Below the pieces are notes generated by a model. It was given only the letters and a program-made list of their open reading frames with translations. It was not told where the DNA came from and made no database searches. A stretch of DNA of 64,000 nucleotides from Candidatus Coatesbacteria bacterium (lineage in GTDB: Bacteria > RBG-13-66-14 > B26-G2 > JAUVZD01), in assembly GCA_030602715.1 (NCBI GenBank), contig JAUVZD010000007.1, forward strand, positions 13,581 to 77,580, in the 5' to 3' direction. Positions 8,351 to 17,280 of this stretch are shown in pieces. The position numbers were made by a program, and so were the translations under genes. The stretch's first letter is position 1, and each line of letters begins with the position of its first letter.

Positions 8351-10198
8351 ATGTTTAACGCACAATTACGAGATAACCTTAAAGATTTCTTTGGATCAAA
8401 ATTACTTAGAGTGCCAGAGTATCAAAGACCATATGCATGGGAGAAGAAAAATTGGGAAGATGCTTATAATGACATTAAGGATGTTACAGAAGGAGGAAAC
8501 GGAGATATAGACCATTATTGGGGTACAATAACGCTTTACAAAACTAAAGAAAGAAAAGAAGAAGTAGGAAGAAAATTTACAGTCTATGAGATCATTGATG
8601 GGCAACAGCGAATTGTAACGATTATTCTATTTTTACTGGCGATTTCAAAAATTATTAAAAGTAAAAAGACACAAAAAACTATTATTAATAGTTACATCAA
8701 ACGAGGTGACAAATACCGGGTTGAGCTTGGATTAAAGGAAGATGACGATTTTTTTGATAAACTTATAAGTGGTCAAAGATGTAGAGCAACCAGGTTAAGT
8801 CAAAAAATGCTCAGAGGAGCATTAAACCATTTTTCAAATAAACTAAGAGATTGCAAACAAAAAGAAATTGAAAAAATCTATTATAGTTTAGTTGATTCTA
8901 ATATATTAGAGTTTGTTGTTCATGACAGGGTGATGTCTGTTAGGTCATTTCAGTTATTAAATGACCGTGGTAAGGATATCACTTTGATAGACAAAGTAAA
9001 AAGCACACTTTTGTATTATGTTGTCAAGTGCCTTGATAACAACGAGGATAACAACGAAGCAGAAAAATTACTTGACATCATAAATGGTGAATTTGGGGAT
9101 GTTTTTAATGGATATAGCAAAATAGTAACTGTTGGGCAGAGAAGACATATAAAATACCTTGAGCAACTATCTGAGGATGACTTCTTGAGGTTGTTTTATC
9201 ATTATTTTGGTTACTATGCATTCAAAAAATACGACGTTTGGACACAGGATGAAAATGAAGATTGGGTCGAATATGATTTTGACATTTCTGCAAAAGCTGT
9301 GATAGATTCTTTTACCAAACCAGCTTGCGAAGACCTAAAAAACCCAGAAGAAAAGCAACAACTACATGATTTTGTACTAGATTTTTCAAATATCTTTGCT
9401 GAGTGGTCTCGTTATTTTGCAAAAATGGTTAATAAAGCTAATATGAGAAAGAAAAATTATAAACTCACAAAACTTTTACGGTTTCAACAACTATCCGCAG
9501 AAACATACCCAGTAATAATAAATCTAAATTCCAAGGAAATATTAAACTATGAGATTTTGCATCTTATTGAGGTATTAGATTTCCGCGTATATAAGGTAAA
9601 TCGTGGGGACCCAATAGCAGATTTATACAGAAATTTCGTATCAAAAATAATTCTTGATAATGCTGAGAATGAATTGACGAAAAATGGACAGTTTTTGAAG
9701 GACTATATTAGTCATAAAGGGAATGATGATGATGTTGATTGGTATCTTAACCAAAAAGTATATGGCAAACCATGGGTAAGATATGTTTTATGGGAATTTA
9801 ACAAAAAGTTTAATAAAAAATTTAAAGACCTAGACGCAAAAAAATATTTTGACACAAAAAAAATACAGATAGAACATATATTCCCTAGAGGATTGTTTAA
9901 TGATGTTCCAGAAAATGAAATAAAAAAAATACTTAAGAAATATGGATTTAAAGGTTATAGCGATTACAAAGAAAGTATAAACTGTTTAGGAAACCTAGTT
10001 CTCTTTGAGTATAACCCAAAAACAAGCAATAAACACCCACAGGAAAAAGTAAAATATTACAAAAAATCAAAATTCCCTGCCGCAAAAGCGTTGGCAAAAG
10101 AGATAGAGAAAAGCGGGTTTAACAAAAAGAAGTTAGTGGAACGGACTGAAAAAATTGCAAAATTCTGCTTAAAGCGCTGGTCTATTGAACCAAAATAA
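8351..10198 (+). CDS. GmrSD-like DUF262 (ParB-like nuclease) / DUF1524 (HNH-like His-Me) protein; putative type IV modification-dependent restriction enzyme
   Basis: N-terminal PEYQRPYAWEKKNW and DGQQR motifs (DUF262). C-terminal IEHIFPRG...NCLGNLVLFEYNPKTSNKH (DUF1524 HNH-like). The gene is ~33% GC against ~58% for the flanks. The ATG at 8351 with a GGAGG SD is preferred over the track's TTG at 8342. Confidence 0.7.
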   Translation: MFNAQLRDNLKDFFGSKLLRVPEYQRPYAWEKKNWEDAYNDIKDVTEGGNGDIDHYWGTITLYKTKERKEEVGRKFTVYEIIDGQQRIVTIILFLLAISKIIKSKKTQKTIINSYIKRGDKYRVELGLKEDDDFFDKLISGQRCRATRLSQKMLRGALNHFSNKLRDCKQKEIEKIYYSLVDSNILEFVVHDRVMSVRSFQLLNDRGKDITLIDKVKSTLLYYVVKCLDNNEDNNEAEKLLDIINGEFGDVFNGYSKIVTVGQRRHIKYLEQLSEDDFLRLFYHYFGYYAFKKYDVWTQDENEDWVEYDFDISAKAVIDSFTKPACEDLKNPEEKQQLHDFVLDFSNIFAEWSRYFAKMVNKANMRKKNYKLTKLLRFQQLSAETYPVIINLNSKEILNYEILHLIEVLDFRVYKVNRGDPIADLYRNFVSKIILDNAENELTKNGQFLKDYISHKGNDDDVDWYLNQKVYGKPWVRYVLWEFNKKFNKKFKDLDAKKYFDTKKIQIEHIFPRGLFNDVPENEIKKILKKYGFKGYSDYKESINCLGNLVLFEYNPKTSNKHPQEKVKYYKKSKFPAAKALAKEIEKSGFNKKKLVERTEKIAKFCLKRWSIEPK

Positions 10199-10223
10199 TA
10201 ATACGCCCTAGGAGCATTCAAAC

Positions 10224-11363
10224 TTGCACCCCCTTCCAAGAAATATCCTGCAAATCGCCTTAATACTTATCCTTTGCGCCCTCCCAATCATCTCCCGGGG
10301 GGGCGATTCCGCCCTCCTACTATCCCAACTGAGCATATTGGACGGTCGGGTGGGCATCGGCTTAAACTACACCTTCACTGTGGACAATGCCGAGCTTTCG
10401 CCTGTGGAACACCCCTGCCCCTACGAGAAGAGCTACATCGCCCAGGAGTTACATCCCTACCTCCGCTTCACCCTCCATAAAAGTGACGAATCGCTGATAG
10501 AACTCCGCCCCGGCTTGCGCCTGGTTCACATCATCGGCGGAGGGGTCGCCGTCCACCCCCGCATTCAGGCTGAGCTGGCAAGCACAAGCCACCACCTCCT
10601 GCTGGGTCACTTCCGTCCTGACCTCCACCCCCTCTTCCTGCACCTCAAGGCGGAGAGCGACGATTGGCCCGGCGCAGACTACACCTTCAGCAGGGGCTTC
10701 TTCGGCTTTGACCTGCTTGCCGCCCGCACCCAGATACCCGCCGACCGAACCTACGAAACCATCCCTCTGGCGGTCCGTTTGACCGCTTCCTACGGTGGAC
10801 TTTTTCAAATCTCCGCCCTGGCATCAGCCCTCCATCTGGCAGGTCATGACACCGGCGGCACCGGCTATAAACCGCCTGAGCCCTCCAAGCGAGAGTTTCT
10901 CTGCTACGGTGCGGTCGCCGATTTCTCCCTACTTCGCCCCTTCATCTCCAGCGAAGGATGGCTGAACGACATACGAGTGAACGGCGCTCTGGCATTTGGT
11001 CTGGAGCGAGGGGTGGACGGAGGTCTCGCCTGGGATGTAGGCGTGGAGTTAAGGCTATTCAGTTTTATGGGCTTTGCAAGCAACTACTACTCCCTGCAAG
11101 GGGAGTTTGTCTCCCCTCTTGCCCACGACGAACTGCGGGGCGCATCATTCTACTGGTCCAAAGGCTGGAGCTACAGCCAGCCCGGCGCCTACCCCGACCA
11201 CCGCTATCTCAATTTCATCCTCTCCGGCGGCTGGGAATTCATCGGCGCCGTATCGGTGAGCGGAAGTGTGGAGCAGGGCTATCATTTTGAGAAAGACGAC
11301 GACGGAATGCGCCGTCTATACAGCTACAATCGGTTTATCTGCTCGTTGAATATCAGCCTTTAG
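10224..11363 (+). CDS. Hypothetical secreted protein
   Basis: TTG start with an AGGAG SD. N-terminal signal peptide LQIALILILCALPIISRG. No recognised domain. Confidence 0.5.
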   Translation: MHPLPRNILQIALILILCALPIISRGGDSALLLSQLSILDGRVGIGLNYTFTVDNAELSPVEHPCPYEKSYIAQELHPYLRFTLHKSDESLIELRPGLRLVHIIGGGVAVHPRIQAELASTSHHLLLGHFRPDLHPLFLHLKAESDDWPGADYTFSRGFFGFDLLAARTQIPADRTYETIPLAVRLTASYGGLFQISALASALHLAGHDTGGTGYKPPEPSKREFLCYGAVADFSLLRPFISSEGWLNDIRVNGALAFGLERGVDGGLAWDVGVELRLFSFMGFASNYYSLQGEFVSPLAHDELRGASFYWSKGWSYSQPGAYPDHRYLNFILSGGWEFIGAVSVSGSVEQGYHFEKDDDGMRRLYSYNRFICSLNISL

Positions 11364-11521
11364 GCAAAGTTTTTGCAGATAACTCAGGTTGGTTTTGTAG
11401 CGGAGAGTTGAACTCTCCGCTACATTAATAACCCCCACCTATAAAAATACCACCCACCCACAAAAACATTGACAAGCGGGTGGGATTGACTTATTTTGGG
11501 GGAAATCAAGGGGTGTTCATC

Positions 11522-12787
11522 ATGGACATCTTCGTCTATTTTACCGATATCATCGGCTCCCGGGTCTACTCCCAAAAGGGGCGCTACCTGGGCAAGGTTA
11601 AGGACCTCATCGCCCGAAGCGAAGTCCTCTACCCATTGGTGCTCCGCTTCGTCATCCGCTCCCCCCGCTTCGGACCCCTCTTGGACCTCCCCTGGGAGGC
11701 GGTCAAGAGCCTGGGAAAAAAGAAGATACGGCTTGTCCGTGGCGGTGAGAAGAAGCTAGTCCCCCACTATCAGGACCCGGAGGAGCTGGTCCTGCGTCTG
11801 GATATCCTGGATATGCAGATTCTGGACACCGACGGTGCCAAGGTGGTGCGGGTGAACGACATCCACCTGCTCAACACGGATAAAGGGATGCGCATCGTCC
11901 ATGTGGACGTGGGCTTCCGGGGCATCCTGCGCCGACTGGGCTACACCCGTCCAGCGGATGCGCTGACCGAATGGCTCTTTTCCGCAAAATTCAAAGAACA
12001 ACTGATCGGCTGGAAATATATCGTCCCCCTGGGGGGACACTTCTCCCCCCTCAAGTTAAAGCTCTCGTTGGCACAGAGGCGTCTTGCCGAACTCCACCCC
12101 GCCGACCTGGCCGACATAATGGAGGAGCTTGCGGTGCATGAGCGGCAGGCGCTATTCTCCAGCCTGGATGTGGAGACCGCAGGCGAAGCCCTGGAGGAGA
12201 TTGACGACCCCAAACTGCAGACTGAGTTGCTCGGTGCGGTGGACGAGGAGGTGGCAAGCGACATACTGGAAGAGATGGAACCCGACGAAGCGGTGGATTT
12301 ACTCATAGACCTGCCCGAGGAGGTGACCGAGGAGTTGGTTGATGCTATGGAGGATAAGAAGCGGGCTGGTGAGTTGCGCCGACTGATGACCCACGACGAG
12401 GGAAGTGTCGGCTCCATCATGACCACCGAGTATCTGACCATCACTCCCCAGGCGACCGTCCGCCAGGTGCTTAACCTCATCCGCAAAAGCGTCAAGGATG
12501 TAGAGGATATCTACTATATATATGCGGTCACCAAGGAGGGGGAACTGCGCGGGGTGGTGTCAATCAAGGAGCTTGTTACCGCGAAGGGAACTGATATTAT
12601 CCGCAAAATCATGCACAAAAAGGTCATCTCGGTAAAGGATGACGATCCGGTCAAATTTGCCTCTGAGATACTCAGTAAATACAACTTCATAATGGTTCCA
12701 GTGGTGGATGAGGACGAGCACCTTTTAGGGGTAATCTACTGGAAGGATGCGGTGGAGGCGGTCCTTCCCAAATTCGCTGAGGATTAG
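11522..12787 (+). CDS. MgtE-like cytosolic sensor protein (PRC-barrel plus MgtE-N plus CBS pair, no membrane domain)
   Basis: An acidic MgtE_N-like helical region (LAELHPADLADIMEEL...EEMEPDEAVDLLIDLPEE) is followed by a CBS pair (MTTEYLTITPQATVRQVLNLIRK...YIYAVTKEGELRGVVSIKELV). It stops at 12787 without TM helices. The track start at 11480 is possible; the ATG at 11522 with an SD is preferred. Confidence 0.65.
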   Translation: MDIFVYFTDIIGSRVYSQKGRYLGKVKDLIARSEVLYPLVLRFVIRSPRFGPLLDLPWEAVKSLGKKKIRLVRGGEKKLVPHYQDPEELVLRLDILDMQILDTDGAKVVRVNDIHLLNTDKGMRIVHVDVGFRGILRRLGYTRPADALTEWLFSAKFKEQLIGWKYIVPLGGHFSPLKLKLSLAQRRLAELHPADLADIMEELAVHERQALFSSLDVETAGEALEEIDDPKLQTELLGAVDEEVASDILEEMEPDEAVDLLIDLPEEVTEELVDAMEDKKRAGELRRLMTHDEGSVGSIMTTEYLTITPQATVRQVLNLIRKSVKDVEDIYYIYAVTKEGELRGVVSIKELVTAKGTDIIRKIMHKKVISVKDDDPVKFASEILSKYNFIMVPVVDEDEHLLGVIYWKDAVEAVLPKFAED

Positions 12788-12789
12788 GT

Positions 12790-14100
12790 TTGAGCGATAA
12801 AGATACAGAAAGCACTCTGCAAAAAGCTCCTCTATGGTATAAACCCATCGCCTGGACCAGAAACTGGCTTCCCAGACTGCGGGGAATCTGGCTCTTTCTG
12901 GCGGTGCTTGGTCCGGGAATCATCACCTCCAGCGTGGACAACGACGCCGGAGGCATAGCCACCTACTCCATCTGCGGGGCAAGGTACGGCTACAGCCTGC
13001 TCTGGTCGCTTTTACCCATCACCATTGCCCTGATGGTCATCCAGGAGATGTGCACCCGCATGGGGGTGGTGACCGGCAAGGGTCTCTCCGACCTCATCAG
13101 GGAACGCTTCGGGGTGCGCCTGACCTTCTACCTGTTAATCGGGATGCTCATCGGCAACCTGGGAAATGTGCTGGCGGAGTTCGCCGGGGTAGCCGCCAGT
13201 ATGGAGCTGGTCGGGGTCTCCAAGTATATCTCTGTGCCCATAGCGGGGGTGGCGGTATGGCTTCTGGTCATCAAGGTCAGCCACAAACGGGTGGAAAAGG
13301 TCTTCCTCCTGGCCTGCCTGCTTTACGCCTTCTACATCATCTCCGCCTTCCTCTCCCAGCCCGACTGGGGCGAGGTGTTGACCTCCGTGGCGCGCCCCCG
13401 GATAGAGTGGGGAAGCGGATACTTCGTCATGCTAGTGGGGGTCATAGGCACCACCATCTCCCCCTGGATGCAGTTCTATCTACAATCAGCGGTGGTGGAG
13501 AAGGGCATCAAGGTGGATTATTTAAAATTCTCCCGGCTGGATACCGTGCTCGGCAGTTTCATCGTCAACATCATCGCCTTCTTCATCATCGTGGTCTGCG
13601 CCGCGACCATCTTCGTCGCCGGTCTGCCCATAGAGACGGTCAAAGACGCCGCCGTCGCCCTCAAGCCCCTGGCTGGCGACTACGCCTCCCTGCTCTACTC
13701 CTTCGGCTTGCTCAACGCCTCTCTCTTCGCCGCCTCCATCCTTCCCCTCTCCACCGCCTTCATTATCTGTGAGGGCTTCGGTTGGGAGACCGGGGTGGAC
13801 AAGAAATTCAACCAGGCGCCGCAGTTCTACACCCTCTACTCCCTGCTCATCCTCTTCGGGGTGCTCTTCATACTCATCCCCAATCTGCCTCTGCTGGATA
13901 TCATGTTCACCACCCAGGTGATAAACGGCATACTTCTCCCGGTCATCCTGGTGGTGATGCTTGTGCTCATAAATGATCGGCGGATAATGGGCGATTATGT
14001 CAACAGCACCAAGGCAAACATCGCCTCATACATCACCGTAGGCGCGGTGATAGCCATTACCTTGACTATGGTGGTCCTCGCCCTGATGGGCACAGGGTAA
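12790..14100 (+). CDS. NRAMP-family divalent cation transporter homolog with non-canonical binding-site motifs (NRMT-like, possible Mg2+ transporter)
   Basis: A TTG start is coupled to the upstream stop. TM1 has GPGIITSSVDNDAGGIATYS (DAGG in place of DPGN); TM6 has GTTISPW in place of the MPH motif. About 11 TM helices. Confidence 0.65.
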   Translation: MSDKDTESTLQKAPLWYKPIAWTRNWLPRLRGIWLFLAVLGPGIITSSVDNDAGGIATYSICGARYGYSLLWSLLPITIALMVIQEMCTRMGVVTGKGLSDLIRERFGVRLTFYLLIGMLIGNLGNVLAEFAGVAASMELVGVSKYISVPIAGVAVWLLVIKVSHKRVEKVFLLACLLYAFYIISAFLSQPDWGEVLTSVARPRIEWGSGYFVMLVGVIGTTISPWMQFYLQSAVVEKGIKVDYLKFSRLDTVLGSFIVNIIAFFIIVVCAATIFVAGLPIETVKDAAVALKPLAGDYASLLYSFGLLNASLFAASILPLSTAFIICEGFGWETGVDKKFNQAPQFYTLYSLLILFGVLFILIPNLPLLDIMFTTQVINGILLPVILVVMLVLINDRRIMGDYVNSTKANIASYITVGAVIAITLTMVVLALMGTG

Positions 14101-14178
14101 GCCCCACGGATGGTGATTTATTTTTTGTAGACGAAGGGAAAACCACAAGCTTTACTTTAGATAACCAAAGGTTGCAAA

Positions 14179-14961
14179 ATGAAAAAAGACGAACATATCT
14201 GGAAGACGGCAATCACCGACGCCCGCCCCAACTCCATCCGTTTGCGGGGCTACCGCATTGACGAGTTGATGGGGCGCATCCCTTATTCCCAGGCGGTCTT
14301 TCTGGCTTTCACCGGCAGACTGCCCAACGAGGAAGAGGGACGGTTGGTGGACGCCATCCTGGTCAGCTCCATAGACCATGGGGCTACGCCCCCCTCCACC
14401 CTGGTAGCCCGCACCGTAGCCGGCTGCGATGTTCCCCTGACCAGCGCGCTTGCCGCCGGCATCCTCTCCATCGGCAAAGCCCACGGAGGAGCGGTGGAGG
14501 GCTGTATGGAGCTCATCGGCGAGACGGTTACGATGGCGGATAAGGAAGGCGTCAGCATAGAGGAAGCCGGCCAACGCATAGTCGCCGAGGCTGAAGCCTG
14601 CGGTCGGCGTCTGCCCGGACTGGGTCACCGCTATCACACCGCCGACCCCCGCACCGCACGGCTCTTTGAGCTGGCCGAGGAGTGCAAGTTCTCCGGACGC
14701 CACATCCAGGCATTGAAGGCGATAGAGTCCGCCTTCGCCAAATCCAAGGGCAAAAAAATCCCCATCAATATTGACGGAGCTATCGCCGCCTGCCTCTGCG
14801 AGATGGGCTTCCCCAGCTCCGCCGGAAACGGCTTCTTCATCATCGCTCGCACCACAGGCTTGATAAACCATATTCTGGAGGAGTGGGCACGAGAGCCCAA
14901 GATGCGCAAGATATTCCCGGATTCGGCGGTGTATGATGGGGAGGGGGACAGGAGCTTATAG
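14179..14961 (+). CDS. Citrate synthase-like small protein (citryl-CoA lyase-like)
   Basis: 260 aa with citrate-synthase C-terminal domain motifs (SIDHGATPPSTLVARTVAGCDVP, GHRYHTADPR). Confidence 0.55.
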   Translation: MKKDEHIWKTAITDARPNSIRLRGYRIDELMGRIPYSQAVFLAFTGRLPNEEEGRLVDAILVSSIDHGATPPSTLVARTVAGCDVPLTSALAAGILSIGKAHGGAVEGCMELIGETVTMADKEGVSIEEAGQRIVAEAEACGRRLPGLGHRYHTADPRTARLFELAEECKFSGRHIQALKAIESAFAKSKGKKIPINIDGAIAACLCEMGFPSSAGNGFFIIARTTGLINHILEEWAREPKMRKIFPDSAVYDGEGDRSL

Positions 14962-16252
14962 CCCCCAACCCACCATGCCCTCACCACCCACCAGCATCAC
15001 CCTCACCAAAGACCAACAACTGGCTTTCATCCTGGAATGTCAGGGATTGGGGAAGCGTCCCAGGCGCCCGGGAAAGGCGGACATCTCCGCCCTCATAGAC
15101 CGGCTGGGCTATCTGCAGATAGACACCATACAGGCGGTTCGGCGCAGTCAATATCTGGTCCTGTGGTCCCGATTGGGCAGTTACAATGTAGAGCTGTTAC
15201 ATCAACTGGCATATAAAGACCGTGCCCTCTTTGAGGGTTACTCCCACATGCTAAGCTACATCCCTATGGCTCACTTCCCCCTCTTCTGGATTCGGCATCT
15301 GGAATATCGTAAGAAGCCCCATCCCTGGATGGAGCGGATGGTCAAGGAACTCAAGGGACTGGAGGGGGATGTGCTCTGCCAGATTAAGGAGCGAGGCGCG
15401 CACACCAGCCGGGGGTTCTCAGGGTTACCCGACATACCTGACAAGTATAGGGGGGTAACCTGGGCTTGGCGTCCCTTGCGCGTCGCCCTGGAGCATCTTT
15501 GGAATCGTGGCGAGCTTCTGATAAGCGACCGGGACAACTTCACACGCGTCTATGACCTGACCGAGCGGGTCCTGCCCTCCCCCCCACCCGAAAGCGCTCC
15601 AAGCGAAGATGAACGCAAGCGCTACATCGCCCGGACCACCCTCAAAGCCTGGGGACTAATCACCGAGCGGGACCTGGCGCAGTATGTCCTCCCCCGGGCG
15701 CTCTATGTCAAGCTGTCCAACTCCCGCATTCGTGAGAAACTTCTGCGGGAGATGATTGACCGGGGTGAGGTGGGAACTGCGCAGATGGAGGGTATGGAGG
15801 AGACATTCTACTATCTCACCGACCTGAAGCCCCAACTGGATGCCGTCCTCCGCAGAAGGAAGCCCCTGCCCGATTTTCTCACCCTCCTATCCCCCTTTGA
15901 TAATCTCATCTGTGACCGTCGGCGCACAAAACGAGTCTTCGGCGTGGACTACGCCCTGGAGGCTTACAAGCCCCCCCAACAACGACTTCGGGGCTACTTC
16001 GCCATGCCCATACTGTGGCGTGGGAGACTGGTGGGTTACATAGACCCCCGCCTGGAGCGCAAGCGAGGGGTGATTCGGGTGGACAATGCGGAGTTGGAAG
16101 GGGGATTTAAGGGCGACGATGCCTTCTATTCACATCTGGCGAAAATTCTGAGGGATTTCTTGGGATTTCATGGAGCGGAGAGGATTGAGGTGGGGAGAGC
16201 CAAGCCACCATCGCTCAAAAGGTGGCTTTCGGAGTTTAAGGATAAGATGTAG
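14933..16252 (+). CDS. Winged-helix DNA-binding protein of the YcaQ/AlkZ (DUF1006) crosslink-repair glycosylase family
   Basis: Motifs ALIDRLGYLQIDTIQAVRRSQYLVLWSRLGSY and RGYFAMPILWRGRLVGYID. The true start is uncertain; the track ORF overlaps the upstream gene. Confidence 0.5.
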   Translation: MMGRGTGAYSPQPTMPSPPTSITLTKDQQLAFILECQGLGKRPRRPGKADISALIDRLGYLQIDTIQAVRRSQYLVLWSRLGSYNVELLHQLAYKDRALFEGYSHMLSYIPMAHFPLFWIRHLEYRKKPHPWMERMVKELKGLEGDVLCQIKERGAHTSRGFSGLPDIPDKYRGVTWAWRPLRVALEHLWNRGELLISDRDNFTRVYDLTERVLPSPPPESAPSEDERKRYIARTTLKAWGLITERDLAQYVLPRALYVKLSNSRIREKLLREMIDRGEVGTAQMEGMEETFYYLTDLKPQLDAVLRRRKPLPDFLTLLSPFDNLICDRRRTKRVFGVDYALEAYKPPQQRLRGYFAMPILWRGRLVGYIDPRLERKRGVIRVDNAELEGGFKGDDAFYSHLAKILRDFLGFHGAERIEVGRAKPPSLKRWLSEFKDKM

Positions 16253-16276
16253 GAGCGTATAAACTGAATGAAGTAG

Positions 16277-17080
16277 ATGCACGATTGGCTTAAAGAAAAG
16301 GTAAAACTTGGCAGAAGCGACCTCTTCGCCGGACGGTTGGGCTTGGGTTCCAGCTACGGAGCGCCCGCCCGGGCATTTGAAGCGGCTTATGCTGCCGGAT
16401 GCAATTATTTTTACTGGGGCGCACTACGCCTCCCCGGGATGGCAAAGGCTATCCGCAACATCGTCGCCCGGGGGGAACGGGATAAGCTAATTGTGGTCGT
16501 CCAGGTTTTTCGGCGCAGACCCACCCCGATGGAAAAAAGCCTGATGCGGGGGCTCAAAAGGCTTGGTCTGGATTACGCAGATGTTCTCCTCCTGGGTTGG
16601 TATAATAAGCCGCCCAAGCCCCAAATCCTGAACCATGCCCAGAAGCTACGGGAGCAGGGAGCATTCCACTATCTGGGTCTCTCCACCCACAACCGGTCTC
16701 TTATCCCTCAGTTGGCTAAAGACGAGCGCTTTGACCTTTTCCACATCCGCTACAACGCCGCCAACCGGGGCGCCGAAACGGACCTCTTCCCCCACATTCC
16801 TGACGATAGACCCGGTATAGTGGCATTCAACGCCACCAAGCGGAGGGCTCTCATGATATCCGGGCGGATACCCCCTCATGAAAAGCGACCCACCGCCGGC
16901 GACTGCTACCGCTTTGCCCTCACCAACCCGTCCGTAGATGTGGTTATCACCGCGCCGTCCAACACCAGGCAACTTCACGAAAACCTCGTAGAGACCGCCA
17001 GGGGTCCCATGAGCCGGAAAGAGCTGGAATGGATGCGCCGGATAGGCGATTACATTTACAAAAAGAAGCGGGATTATTAA
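16277..17080 (+). CDS. Aldo/keto reductase family oxidoreductase (short form)
   Basis: RLGLGSSYG and HYLGLSTHN motifs. 267 aa. Confidence 0.45.
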   Translation: MHDWLKEKVKLGRSDLFAGRLGLGSSYGAPARAFEAAYAAGCNYFYWGALRLPGMAKAIRNIVARGERDKLIVVVQVFRRRPTPMEKSLMRGLKRLGLDYADVLLLGWYNKPPKPQILNHAQKLREQGAFHYLGLSTHNRSLIPQLAKDERFDLFHIRYNAANRGAETDLFPHIPDDRPGIVAFNATKRRALMISGRIPPHEKRPTAGDCYRFALTNPSVDVVITAPSNTRQLHENLVETARGPMSRKELEWMRRIGDYIYKKKRDY

Positions 17081-17280
17081 ATTGGGAATTGAAAGCATTA
17101 AATAACAAAAAAGCCGGGCTTTGCGCCCGGCTAACCTTTATCCAGAGGATAAATATTAAACCCTCAATTAAAATTCACAAGACACTTTCCATATTGTCTT
17201 AAAACCATCAAACCCTCGGTTGACATCTTTTCCATTTCAATTTATACTTCAATTATGGACCTTCAAGGAAGAGCCAGATA

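Noticed and set aside
11364-11479. Mg2+ riboswitch (M-box) ahead of the MgtE-N/NRAMP operon
   Set aside because: The region is too short at about 115 nt, and no M-box conserved segments were recognised.
11941-12495. 184-aa Ser-rich antisense ORF
   Set aside because: It is antisense to the MgtE-N/CBS gene and is low-complexity with no motifs.
13050-13772. 240-aa Gly/Arg/His-rich alternative-frame ORF
   Set aside because: It lies entirely inside the NRAMP-family gene in another frame, and its composition is a GC-rich frame artifact.
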